64,000 nucleotides of DNA from an uncultured Gemmatimonadales bacterium (GCA_963823035.1 CAWGKG010000014.1:320001-384000), one strand, 5' to 3'; positions 22,101-30,551 are shown, counted from the stretch's first letter. The notes: generated by a model not told the origin, from the sequence alone. Made by a program: numbers and translations.

Positions 22101-23516
22101 AACGAGGCCTCTTTGTACGGCAGCCTGCTCGCACAATGGAACCGACTTCCGCCCGCCATCCTCGCGCGTGACCGTCCCGGAACGAGTGGGTATCTGACCG
22201 GGAGCCCGGAGGTACCCGGCTCGTTCACACGCACCGGGTGGGACTCCGTGCAGACGAGCCTCGAGGCTACCGGCGACGCCGCCAGCCTCGACCTGCACGT
22301 GGTCGGCACGGAGTTCTTCGATCGGCTGCGCGCACGAGGCTTCGACCCGCAGACCGTGGCGCCCCACCTCGAAGAGCGCTACGAGCAGGACTACCGTGAC
22401 GCCTGGATCGGCTTCCTGGCGGGGACGCACCTGGACGGGCGCGGGCTGCAGAGCAGCGGTCCGTGGCTGACCGAGCTGGGTGGAAACCGCTCCCCGATCT
22501 TCCAGCTCCTGGCCTACGTGGACTCGCAGACGAGCGTGGATCGACCCGCGGTCGAGGCGCCCTTCGGCGCCCTTGCGGGACTGCTGGCGCCGGACACCGT
22601 CCAGCAGATCTTCAGCGAGGCGAGTGGCCGTCCGTACCTGCTCAAGGTCCAGACGCTGGCCCAGGGTGTCGGCCAGCTGGCCTCGCAGCCGGGATCGCCC
22701 GAGGCTTCGCAGGCGGTGCGTGCGGCCTCCTCCGACGGCCTCGCCTTCGTGCGGGGCATCGAGGTCGATTTCCCCACCGAGCCGGCCCCGGCCAACCGTG
22801 CCAGCGAGGCCGTGACCGCGCTGCTCGCCGGTCCTTTCCGGTGGGCGGACCAGCAGGCGGGCCAGGGTCCGCAGCTCGCGGCGAACCAGCTCGCCCGGGA
22901 GTTCTGCTCCAGACAGGAGAGCCGCGTGCTGGGGCGCTATCCCTTCCACACGGGGTCGCCCGACGCCTCCCTCCAGGACGTCGACGCGCTGCTGAAGACG
23001 GACGGGGAGATGCAGGGCTTCTTCCGGGCGGCGGAGGGTACCGGCGCCACGCTGAACCCGACCTACGAGCGCTTCCGCACCCGGGCGAACGAGATCGCCG
23101 AGGCCTTTTATCAGAGCGGAGGCGCCAGCCCGGGGTTCCCGCTCCAGTTCCAGGTGCGCAGCTTCGAGGGGATCGACCGTGTGGAGCTGCGCATCGACGG
23201 CAGCTCTCGCTTCTACACCCCGGCGCAGCAGGACCGGCAGACCTTCACGTGGGACGCGGCCCGTGCCGAGCAGGCCAGCCTCGTGGTCCAGTCCGGCGAC
23301 CGACGGGAGCCGCTTGAATTCAACGGCACGTGGGCGATCTTCCGGCTCTTCCACCAGGGCAACTGGGAGTCGGCCGGAAACAGCACGTATCGCGTGACCT
23401 GGACCCTGCCCAGCACGGGGATGAGGGTCACCGCGGACGTGACGCTGCGCGGTGCGCCGATCCTCGACCGCAGTTACCTGTCGACGTTCTCGTGCCCGAC
23501 GAGCATCGCCCGATGA
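16134..23516 (+). CDS. 2460-aa MoxR-associated vWA protein: N-helical domain / TM / PEGA repeats / CsgG-FlgO-like / WD40 / TM / vWA / TMs / TssM(IcmF)-like periplasmic region
   Basis: FLDALRRRGFRIG and LCKSAQEQEDF N-terminus. PEGA-like S/T-x-P-x-GA repeats. LAVLPFQY..LRVVERGAL..EEQRL. LAFSPDG WD40 repeats. DLDPTGTVRATV..EYLALIDR..VERYYFD vWA. YRSLKVY, VPGSFTRTGW, GRYPF, ELRIDG, FNGTWAIFRLF (IcmF). Confidence 0.8.
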   Translation: MGEEPGLNARAFVDPAALVDFLDALRRRGFRIGGAEYVAAQDLIVTLTVQGVPLGEDDHLERHLRPLLCKSAQEQEDFGTIIAAWRERLLPGRRSAGKARPAPPPSDLHAEIASAARAGRSWKRIAAGVLVAGIAITAATLWSVANRRWTVHVVTVPQGATVRLERSEREGPPGVGGATERPVDVVEAVRDTMLGVTPLRWLDVPPGTHELVITLDGYADTTRVAEVRAGPLSLFRRSRPEIDLVDTLRPLQRVLVSIGTDPEGADVHLEPLNSSLRGSVSADSSGRWFALEGVYSVSASLDGYEDLTQRDTLRPGRANSIHLELQRRPVGILSAATSPTGATIFIDSVETVTTASDGPVATKIDAGRRHVRARLDGYVELDSVITIDEHATRPIDWTLRPLPTFSLQVESAPDGASVWIDGERVGTTNFLSDVDSGPHAIRITLTGYEEFSESAFRVEADTSLLATLHTQRRPLRRVTFGADGRLAAGNADSTVVIWDVRGRSPLRAIPSSSMRLIRRRSERTPGATSPSGTAPPETSLGDASGGRGATTRPSIAPEQAPEAGTSRSWTLAVLPFQYLGTDTTLQALGQGVTDLLLTSLAQTNGLRVVERGALQPLLEEQRLSAAGRVDESTAVQVGRLLAADRVVLGRIVSVQGGLSLDAQVVDARTSEQLASVRTPPFAVDGIFDAVQDVTLSLLDRLGVELTEAERVRIRQIATAGAKGVVATPDAVLGIEWPTLEGESADSSGSFSFQDLVQDVAVAPDGSRAAAPGEEGAVNLYAPGADPVGILSGNFVPIQSLAFSPDGRLLAHGDAAGGVWLWVAAPEPIHAWPAPRGPGATAAPEIAFDMSGGDTLAIAVQGVSAAWDVGSGASLHIRTTADSTKVTRVARGGPDWTRSAWLDGDSTDVLRRPGAPRAHAYSPDSSMLATVNEDGIRLWRHQDRGLVDALLMGAARGDDAGLKTAAKVDGASTVESIVFSPDGTLLAAADADSVRVWPVRPARVLAGDSGAVVGSGAFDSSIQSLAQGSGEAERYLWRIRLGSHNGAVTSLAFSPDGQRLASSSMDSTAIVWNVGAAVAQDTIRSGDAIESVAFSPDGTRLASAQADSVLIWDAGGSRLATVVGWLRTYWLAITPPLLLIVAGLVMVPLGWRRRADRFLGRRRTTEPPDLMNVTFAGLESPLFPEASLFRIAQRFRRRIQVDAPDLDPTGTVRATVDRAGVFTPVYARRQIPPEYLALIDRSTHGDQQARFIDDLLDRLVRDGVFVERYYFDRDARLCFPRDAQERPVALRRLTQRFPGHRLLLFADAETFFSRVTGRREAWTRQLLTWPERALLTPEIPERWGAREEALQDDFLVRHASPDGLLATADRDAKLERVGYEGSSFPFPPALRRRGARWLERDPVGPEELDETIAGLRGYLGEAGFYWLAACAVGPAMSWRLTLNLGYELRGEDGERLLDGERMLALSRLPWFRNDYMPDWLRDRLIDEMTPSQEAAVRGVFWSLLGTATLGHGNLSDLRVARDESRALGRIMSRVLERVRHEAPKDPQLNDYLFVSFMEEETAGRLAVRVGHAMTDVFNARRDGKASRRRPRVERARGIAAAVLPALVAVVIGSVWLWGAIPPEHAGVEITPVASLAVDTPIPQPEPPWDASPLLRFLLSVGPGLALLALMVGAGAKVVRPAARKLRAWVGGGVEAPGSLDSDVRGETPSPMRAPRLPRPKTLAFGIPALVVVAVLGWMTAGWLHLSGWLLWVVRSMLWILGGLMVGLRTFGRTLPRRVSLAAAIAAVLFLVALVVAAHREDAALRDEVNAAIEGVQDLSQPPGGVIGEAELQRLDALRRVTARLSRWENEGRPLRRFLLMYSGDELYPLARRAYFARLRTLMFSRAFEDVREQLASLPPEPTLDEYDRVYRSLKVYVEVTERPDQATGPFFGDVLTEHWAAGEDPDSLSRSLAKEQFAFLGSELPYGNPYDEAQNSGLVNTARSFLADNTNEASLYGSLLAQWNRLPPAILARDRPGTSGYLTGSPEVPGSFTRTGWDSVQTSLEATGDAASLDLHVVGTEFFDRLRARGFDPQTVAPHLEERYEQDYRDAWIGFLAGTHLDGRGLQSSGPWLTELGGNRSPIFQLLAYVDSQTSVDRPAVEAPFGALAGLLAPDTVQQIFSEASGRPYLLKVQTLAQGVGQLASQPGSPEASQAVRAASSDGLAFVRGIEVDFPTEPAPANRASEAVTALLAGPFRWADQQAGQGPQLAANQLAREFCSRQESRVLGRYPFHTGSPDASLQDVDALLKTDGEMQGFFRAAEGTGATLNPTYERFRTRANEIAEAFYQSGGASPGFPLQFQVRSFEGIDRVELRIDGSSRFYTPAQQDRQTFTWDAARAEQASLVVQSGDRREPLEFNGTWAIFRLFHQGNWESAGNSTYRVTWTLPSTGMRVTADVTLRGAPILDRSYLSTFSCPTSIAR

Positions 23517-23729
23517 GCCGCCTCGCCCAGGACACGACCGCAAGTGACCGCGGAGTGGTGGCGTGACGGTGAGAGAGTCAAGCAGGATGGCACGTACTCC
23601 GCGTCGTACAGCGCGAACGGCTACCGCATCGACTGGGCCATCACGCCGGATGCGCCCGGCGCATGGGAGGTACGCGTGTACAATTCGCTCGGGCAGCTGG
23701 TGGCCCGCCGGGCCTTTGCGGTGAGTTGA
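23513..23729 (+). pseudogene. short beta-sandwich fragment (DUF2914-like C-terminus); frameshift near 23541
   Basis: ATGA coupling to the giant gene; VTAEWWRDGERV...PGAWEVRVYNSLGQLVARRAFAV. Confidence 0.45.
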
Positions 23730-23878
23730 GGAAGCGGCCTACGGGGACCGAGATGCGCCCGTACGGTCCACATGCCGACAACTGGCTTCGCCCCTCCCCG
23801 CCTGGTATTGTGCTGCCTGTGAACACCCCGCGCCCCGGGTCGTCGGGGTCGGGAGACCCCCCCGAGCTTCGCCAAGCC

Positions 23879-26707
23879 GTGCCCAACGACCCGCTCACGC
23901 TCCTCGAGGCTCACCTCTCTGATCGATATCGATTCGAGGGGCGCCTGGGTGAGGGCGGCATGGCCACCGTCTTGCTGGCCACCGATCTGAAGCATGGTCG
24001 TCGGGTGGCCGTGAAGGTCCTCCGCCCCGAGATCGCCGCCCTGGTGGGCGCGCAGCGCTTCCTGACCGAGATCCGCGTCACCGCGGGTCTCCAACATCCC
24101 CACATCCTCCCGCTCTTCGACTCGGGTGAGGTCGACGGCCTACTCTACTACGTCATGCCCCACGCGACGGGGCAGACGCTGAGGGAACGCCTGGACCAGC
24201 AGCCCCCGCTCTCCATCGAGGAGGCACTGGAGATCGCGCGGTCCATCGCTTCGGCCCTGGACTACGCCCACCGCCAGGGGATCATCCACCGCGACGTCAA
24301 GCCGGAGAACATCCTCCTCCAGGATGGTCAGGCTCTTCTCGCGGACTTCGGGATCTCGTTCTCGGTGGGACCCCAGGAGTCCGACCGCTTGACCCGGATC
24401 GGCGGCGGTCTGGGCACCGCGCTCTACATGAGCCCGGAGCAGGCCTTCGGCGAAGGCGTGGGACCCGAAAGCGATGTCTACAGCCTCGGATGCGTGCTCT
24501 TCGAGATGCTGGCGGGGGCGCCACCCTTCACCGGGTCCTCACCGAGGAACGTCAGCGTCCGCCACTCGGCGGACCCGGTTCCGGAGCTCCGGCGCCATCG
24601 CCCGGACCTCGACGCCGCCCTGGCCGCGGTGATCCAGAAGTCCATGGCCAAGCAGCTCGAGGATCGGTACCCGACCGCCGGCGCCTTCGCCGAGGCCCTC
24701 GCGTCCCCGCGGACCCGGGGCGGGTTCCGGGCCCGCTACGCCGTCTTCGGCGCCGTGGCGGTGGCGGCGCTGGCGGCCGTGGCGTGGGCCCTCACCACGC
24801 GGGACGACGCATCCCTGGACCCGAACCGGGTCCTGGTGTATCCGCTGGTCCTCCCGGCGGGATTCTCCGGCCCCGCCTCGCTGGGTGAGGACGTGGCCAC
24901 CATGATCGGCCACGCGCTGGACGGCACCGGCCCGCTCCGGTGGCTCGACGGGTGGACCCTCCTCGATCCCGACACGCGCGACGACATCCGCAAGCTCTCG
25001 CTGGATCGGGCGCGCGACCTGGCCCGCGCACGAGGAAGCGCATTCTTCGTCATGGGCAGGCTGGTGGGTCGCGGGGACTCGGCGGACGTCTTCCTGGACC
25101 TCCACGCGGTGGACGGCGACGACGTGGTGGCCCGAGGCCAGGCGACCGGGCTGCTGAGCGACGCATGGAAGCCCGGCCTCACCGCAGTGAACGACCTGCT
25201 CCCCGCGCTCATCCCCGGTGGAGGGGTGACCGACGTGGCCACGGACTGGAAGGATCGCAACCCGTCCGCCATCGCCAACTTCCTGCTGGGGGAGGCGGCG
25301 TTCCGGCGGGTGCATCTGGGAGAGGCGCTCGATCGCTACCGCGATGCCGTCGCGGCGGACTCCACCTTCGCGGTGGCCGCCATCCGGGGAGCCCAGGCGG
25401 CCCAATGGAACCACCGCCCGCGGGAGGCCGTGTCCCTGCTCGAGGTGGCCTTGAAGCAGCCGTTGCCACCCCGGTACCGGCACTTCGCGCGGGGCTACGA
25501 CCACTACCTTCGTGGACAGGCGGACTCGGCTGCGGCAGAGTTGCGCCTGGCCCTCGAGGCCGACCCCGACATGGCCGGGGCCTGGATGCAGCTCGGGGAG
25601 GTCTACACGCACCTGCTCCCCCTGACGGGAGAGCCGGACTCGCTGGCCGACGCCGCGTTCACGGAGGCCCGCCGCCTGGATCCGCGTGCGGCGAACATCC
25701 TGCTTCACCCCATCGAGATCCGGTTGCGACGCGGCGACGTGGACGGCGCCGCTCCCCTGATTCGCCAGTTCCTGGCGGCCGGCCCGGATACGACCGAAGC
25801 GGCCAAGGTCCAGCTCCTGGACGCGTGCGTCCGGGGAGGCCCGGCGTCGGTGGACTGGAACGGGGAGGCGGCCAAGCGTCCCCTGGTCGTGCTCTTCGCC
25901 GGCCGGTCGATGGCCGGCGAAGGGGCCCGGTTCCGATGCGCCGAAGCCGCGTACGACGCTCTTCTGCAGGTCGACACCGCCCGAACGGACGACGCCGACG
26001 GCCGGCGGTGGGTCGCCCTCGTGGGGCGCTTCTCAGCGGCGGTCGCCCACGGCGAGATCGACGCCGCGGAGGCCTTCGTGGACGGCGCGGTCGAGCGATG
26101 GGGGTACGGCTCGACCCTCTATCTGCTGGGCTCCATCGTGGCGCCCAGCCTGGAGCAGCGGGCCTGGACCGTAGCCCGAGGCGACGAAGCCAAATTTGGG
26201 CGCAACTTCGCCCAGTACCCCTCCACCGTGCGGCTGTGGGAGGTGGGTGTGCTCGAGGCGCGCCGGGGTCGTCCGGAGGTGGCCGAGGCCATGGCCCGGG
26301 AGCTCCATCGACAGGCCCGCGATGTCGACTCGACCTACGACGGGCACCTGGCCCGATCCCTGGAAGGCTTCGTCTCCTTGGCCCGCGGAGACACGACCGG
26401 TGCCATGGAGACCTTCACCGCCCTGGTCCCGCAGGCGTTCGTAGCCTTGGACCTCCAGTGGGACGAGCTGGAGCCCCGGGGGGCCGAGCGCCTCACCCTG
26501 GCGGAGTTGTACCTTGCTCGAGGCGATGCCGGGCGCGCCCTGGACATCGCCTCGGTATTCGACTCGTCATGGCCGCTGATCCACATGCTGTACCTGCCTG
26601 CCAGCCTCGAGTTGAGGGCCCAGGCAGCTTCGATACTGGGAGACTCGGTTCGTGCCGCCCTGTTCCGTGAACGCCTCCGGGCGCTCGGCAGCGGCTCGCC
26701 CCCGTGA
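23879..26707 (+). CDS. Hanks-type Ser/Thr kinase + TM + TolB-like/TPR sensor region
   Basis: LGEGGMATV, VAVKVL, HRDVKPENILL, ADFG, YMSPEQ; TM YAVFGAVAVAALAAVAWAL; TPR-like helices downstream. Confidence 0.92.
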   Translation: MPNDPLTLLEAHLSDRYRFEGRLGEGGMATVLLATDLKHGRRVAVKVLRPEIAALVGAQRFLTEIRVTAGLQHPHILPLFDSGEVDGLLYYVMPHATGQTLRERLDQQPPLSIEEALEIARSIASALDYAHRQGIIHRDVKPENILLQDGQALLADFGISFSVGPQESDRLTRIGGGLGTALYMSPEQAFGEGVGPESDVYSLGCVLFEMLAGAPPFTGSSPRNVSVRHSADPVPELRRHRPDLDAALAAVIQKSMAKQLEDRYPTAGAFAEALASPRTRGGFRARYAVFGAVAVAALAAVAWALTTRDDASLDPNRVLVYPLVLPAGFSGPASLGEDVATMIGHALDGTGPLRWLDGWTLLDPDTRDDIRKLSLDRARDLARARGSAFFVMGRLVGRGDSADVFLDLHAVDGDDVVARGQATGLLSDAWKPGLTAVNDLLPALIPGGGVTDVATDWKDRNPSAIANFLLGEAAFRRVHLGEALDRYRDAVAADSTFAVAAIRGAQAAQWNHRPREAVSLLEVALKQPLPPRYRHFARGYDHYLRGQADSAAAELRLALEADPDMAGAWMQLGEVYTHLLPLTGEPDSLADAAFTEARRLDPRAANILLHPIEIRLRRGDVDGAAPLIRQFLAAGPDTTEAAKVQLLDACVRGGPASVDWNGEAAKRPLVVLFAGRSMAGEGARFRCAEAAYDALLQVDTARTDDADGRRWVALVGRFSAAVAHGEIDAAEAFVDGAVERWGYGSTLYLLGSIVAPSLEQRAWTVARGDEAKFGRNFAQYPSTVRLWEVGVLEARRGRPEVAEAMARELHRQARDVDSTYDGHLARSLEGFVSLARGDTTGAMETFTALVPQAFVALDLQWDELEPRGAERLTLAELYLARGDAGRALDIASVFDSSWPLIHMLYLPASLELRAQAASILGDSVRAALFRERLRALGSGSPP

Positions 26708-26741
26708 CCCGGTAGCAACCCTTCAACACACGGAGGCCCCG

Positions 26742-26975
26742 ATGGCAAGCAACGGCGGAGCCGGCAAGAAAGGACGTGAGGGCGCAACGCCCCCCAAGGG
26801 CGGGACCAAGGGACGTGAGGGCGCCACGGCCCCCCCGCCCAAACCCGCCGGACGCGAGGGCGCCACGCCCCCCAAGGGCGGAAACAAGGGACGCGAGGGC
26901 GCCACGGCCCCCCCACCCAAACCCGCCGGACGCGAGGGCGCGAGCCCGCCCAAGCCGAGGACGAGGGGCAACTGA
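26742..26975 (+). CDS. 77-aa basic Gly/Pro-rich peptide with five GREGA(T/S) repeats
   Basis: GGAGG RBS before ATG 26742. MASNGGAGKK-GREGATPPKGGTK-GREGATAPPPKPA-GREGATPPKGGNK-GREGATAPPPKPA-GREGASPPKPRTRGN. Several repeat differences are synonymous (CGT/CGC, GCA/GCC, GGG/GGA, CCG/CCA). Confidence 0.75.
   Translation: MASNGGAGKKGREGATPPKGGTKGREGATAPPPKPAGREGATPPKGGNKGREGATAPPPKPAGREGASPPKPRTRGN
26772..26957 (+). repeat. 39-bp tandem repeat in A-B-A-B-A' order (78-bp higher-order unit)
   Basis: GGACGYGAGGGCGC begins at 26772, 26811, 26850, 26889 and 26928. Confidence 0.95.
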
Positions 26976-27060
26976 CGGCCGAGCCGGGCGCCGCCTCCCC
27001 GGAGGTCGGCGTCCGGCTCACTCCTCTTCCTGATCCGGACCACCCGAGCCCTGCACCGCC

Positions 27061-30000
27061 ATGAATGCGCCTGCCTCCACACAGACCCGTCATGCCCTCC
27101 TCATCGGGATCGACGCCTATCCGAAGCTGAACCCCCTGGATGGGTGCGTGAACGACGTGCACCTCATGCGATCGGTCCTCCAGGAGCAGTACGGCTTCGC
27201 CGATGGGGACATCACCCAGCTGCTGGACGCCGAGGCCACCCGCGAGGCGATCCTCGCGGCGATGGACGCTCTGGTCGAGCGCGTGGGGAAGGACGACCTC
27301 GTGGTCATCCAGTACGCGGGCCACGGCTGCCAGATGACGGACCGGGAGGGCGACGAGCCCGATGGCCTCGACGAGACCATCATGCCCTACGACAGCGAGG
27401 GCTGGCAGGGCGACAACCGCGACATCACGGATGACGAGATCAACCTCCGTCTCCAGGCGCTGGCGAAGAAGACGAACTACACGACCGTCATCATCGACGC
27501 CTGCCACAGCGGGACCATCACGCGGGACGCCTTCGGCACGAAGGCCCGGACCATGCCGGCCGACCGCCGGCCCGTCGATCAGCTCCCCCCTCCCCCATTC
27601 CTCCGGAGATGCGCGAGGCCATGATGGGACGGGGACCCAGCCGGTGGATGCCCCTCGCGGATTCCCACGTCCTCATGGCGGGGTGCCGCGACGACGAGGT
27701 GTCGTACGAGTATGCCGCGCCCGCGGGCGAGGGCACCGTGGCCCACGGCGCGCTCACGTATTTCCTGGCCGAGGAGCTGCGCAACGCCCCCGAGGGCGCG
27801 ACCTACCGCGACGTGTTCGAGCGGGCCGCCGCCAAGGTGAACGCGGCCAACAACCGGCAGCACCCCCAGATGGAGGGACGGGTGGACCGGGAGGTCTTCG
27901 GCATCCTGGACCGGGTCCCCATGCGATTCACGCGGGTGCTGTCCCGCGAAGGCGACTTCGTGACGCTGGCGGCCGGGTCGGCGCACGGCGCCACGGTGGG
28001 GTCCCGCTACGCCGTCTACCCGCAGGGCACCAAGGTGGAGGGCGACGCGACGCCCGTGGGCGCGGTGGAGGTCACGGCTGTCCGGGTCGTGGACGCCGAC
28101 GCCCGCATCGTCGAGGGCGCCGACGACCCCGCGCTGCAGCCCGACGCGCGGGCCGTGGAGACGACGCACGTGCACGACGCGTTCCGGCTCGTGGTGGAGT
28201 TCGCGGACCGTTCCGGTGACGCCGAGGCTGCCGCAGCCGCGCGCGCGACGCTGGAGGGATCCTCACTCCTGGAGGTCGTCGACGAGGGGAGCGGCTCGGC
28301 CACCGCCCGGGTCTACCTGCTCTCGCCCCGGGAAGGCGCCGGCGACGAGGACCCGGTCCCCCAGCTCGGTGCTCTGGCCGCGCCGACGCTGGCGGTCGTG
28401 GACGGTACGGGCGCTCTGCTCATGCCGCAGCGGCAAGCGGGCGAGCACGCGGTCGTGCGGGAGAACCTGGAGCGCCTCGCCAAGTACCGTCAGGTCCTGT
28501 CGCTGGAGAACCCGGACTCCTACAGCGCCATGAAGGGTCGCTTCTCCATCGACCTGCTGCGCCACGGCGCGGACGGGTCCTGGATCGTCGCGGAGGCGGA
28601 AGAGGCCGGCGGGCTCGTGGTCTACGAGGAGGGCGACGCCATCGCGTTCCGGGTCACCAGCGACCACGACGCTCCCGTGTTCATGAGCCTTCTGGACTTC
28701 GGGCTCACCGGGGCCGTGAGTCAGGTCTATCCGGCTCCGGGCAGCACCGAGAAGCTCGACGGCGGCGTGTCCTTCGACATCGGGACGCGCCCGGGAACGA
28801 AACCGTACACCGTGTCGATCCCCCGGGAGCTGGCCGCCGAATTCACCGAGGCGGTGGAGACCTTGAAGCTGTTCGCGACGTCGGGGCCGGCGGACCTGTC
28901 CGTGCTGTCCCAGGCCGGCGTCCGCAGCGCCGAGCCGAGGGCTGCGGGCTCCCCCCTGTCCGCGCTCCTGCGCGCGGCGAGCCACGGCGGCGTCCGCGAC
29001 ATCTCGCAGCCGGTCGGCGAGGACGACTGGACCACGGCCCTGCGACCCTTCGTCGTGCGACGCCGGGGAGGGGTCGACCTGAACGCCGACGGGAGCACGC
29101 TCAACCTCGGGTCCGTCTCCCTGTCGACCCCCGGGCTCGAAGGGCGGGTGTCGGCCCAACCCGGCGCCAGCGGTCGTGCCGAGGCGCAGGCACCCACGCC
29201 CGCTGCCCTGACCGCCGCCCTCGAAGCGTCGAAGATGACGGTCCAGGACACGGTCCTGGTCACGGCACCGACACCACCCCGCGCCGGTAGCCGGGGCGCG
29301 GGGGTGGAGCCGAGCGTCGAGATCACCGCCAGGGCGCCGGCTCCCGGCTACGACCAGGCGGTGCTGGCCACCGATGAGCTCGGCATGCTCTCCTGGCACC
29401 TCCCCGAGCCGGCGGCCGAGGGGACGCGCTCGGGCCCAGGCGGTGGTCTCACCTACCGCATCCCGTACGGTGAGACGGGCCGCGGCATGGCGGCGTCCGC
29501 GGCATTGGTGGCGCTCAAGGTCCTGGTCTTCCCACGCTGGGAGGCGGCGGTGGGCGCGGTCGCCCAGAGCGCGGTCGCGAAGTGGGAGGCGCACAACCGA
29601 CCCTACCGCGTGCGTTGGTTCGGCCCCGCGGACCACACCCAGGAGGAGGCCCGCCTCATGGACGCCGAGGGCTGGAAGTCCCTCGCGGGCGGACGCTCCC
29701 TCCTCTTCGTCCACGGCACCACGAGCATGGCCCACTCCGCGTTCGGCGATCTGCCGGTGGACTTCATGGAGGAGATGAGCCGCCGCTACGAGGGGCGGGT
29801 CTTCGCCCTCGACCATCCCACGGTCTCGGAGGATCCACGCGACAACGTCAAGTGGTTCCTGGAGCAGATCCCGGACGGAACGCACCTCGACGTGGACATC
29901 GTGTGCCACTCGAGGGGCGGTCTGGTGAGCCGGATCCTGGCCGAGCGGCTGAGCGAGTTCCCCATGGGAGCGCGGACCCTCGACGTGGGCCGGGTGGTGT

Positions 30001-30551
30001 TCGTGGGATCACCCAACGCGGGCACGAACCTGGCCGACGGCCGCTACATGGGCTCGTTCCTCGACACCTACACCAACATGGTGTGCCGTCTTCCGGGCAG
30101 CATGGTCGTGCAGGCGCTCCAGGTCGTGCTGGCGGTGGTGAAGCAGCTCGCCTTCTCGGGTGCCGAAGCGGCGCTGGTGGGGCTCAGGTCCATGGTCCCC
30201 GGCGGCGAGTTCAACGCGTGGCTCAACGACGGAAAGGACCACCCGACGGCGCGCTACCACGCCCTCGCGTCGAACTATCAGCCCTCGGATCCGGGGCTGG
30301 TCCGGCTGGCCGGCGCGACGATCATGACCAAGATCTTCGACAGTCCCCACGATCTCGTGGTCCCGGTCCCCAGCGTGGTCGACGCCAACGGCGCGACCCT
30401 GTTCCCCATTCAGGACCGCGTGGTGTTCCAGGGTCCCGACGCCATGTCGCACGTGTCGTACTTCGGGAACCAGGACGTACAGAAGCACCTCTCCAACTGG
30501 CTGGAGGGACAGAGCCGCCCCGCCGAGAGGAGCCGGTCGGCCGCGACCTAG
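27061..30551 (+). CDS. metacaspase (peptidase C14) + DUF4384-like domain + C-terminal alpha/beta-hydrolase (lipase-like); frameshift in C-run near 27588
   Basis: ALLIGIDAY, LDGCVNDV, QYAGHG (His), DACHSG (Cys), MAGCRDDEVSYE, HGALTYFL, QHPQMEG. GDAIAFRV..QVYP. FVHGT, IVCHSRGGLVSR nucleophile elbow, GSPNAGT, HDLVVP, SHVSYF. Confidence 0.85.

Noticed and set aside
21261..23516. A complete type VI secretion cluster
   Set aside because: No tssB/C, hcp, vgrG, tssJ/K/L or clpV is present in the window
26704..26716. GTGACCCGGTAGC resembling the tRNA-Lys acceptor-stem sequence (possible att site)
   Set aside because: The match is too short for GC-rich DNA, there is no integrase, and housekeeping genes lie between the two sites
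26772..26957. CRISPR-like regularly spaced repeats
   Set aside because: The intervening segments are themselves duplicated, the period is a multiple of three inside an ORF, and no cas genes are present
27580..27600. Programmed frameshift or phase variation in the metacaspase C-run
   Set aside because: It cannot be told apart from the many other indels in the window, and it splits the catalytic domain
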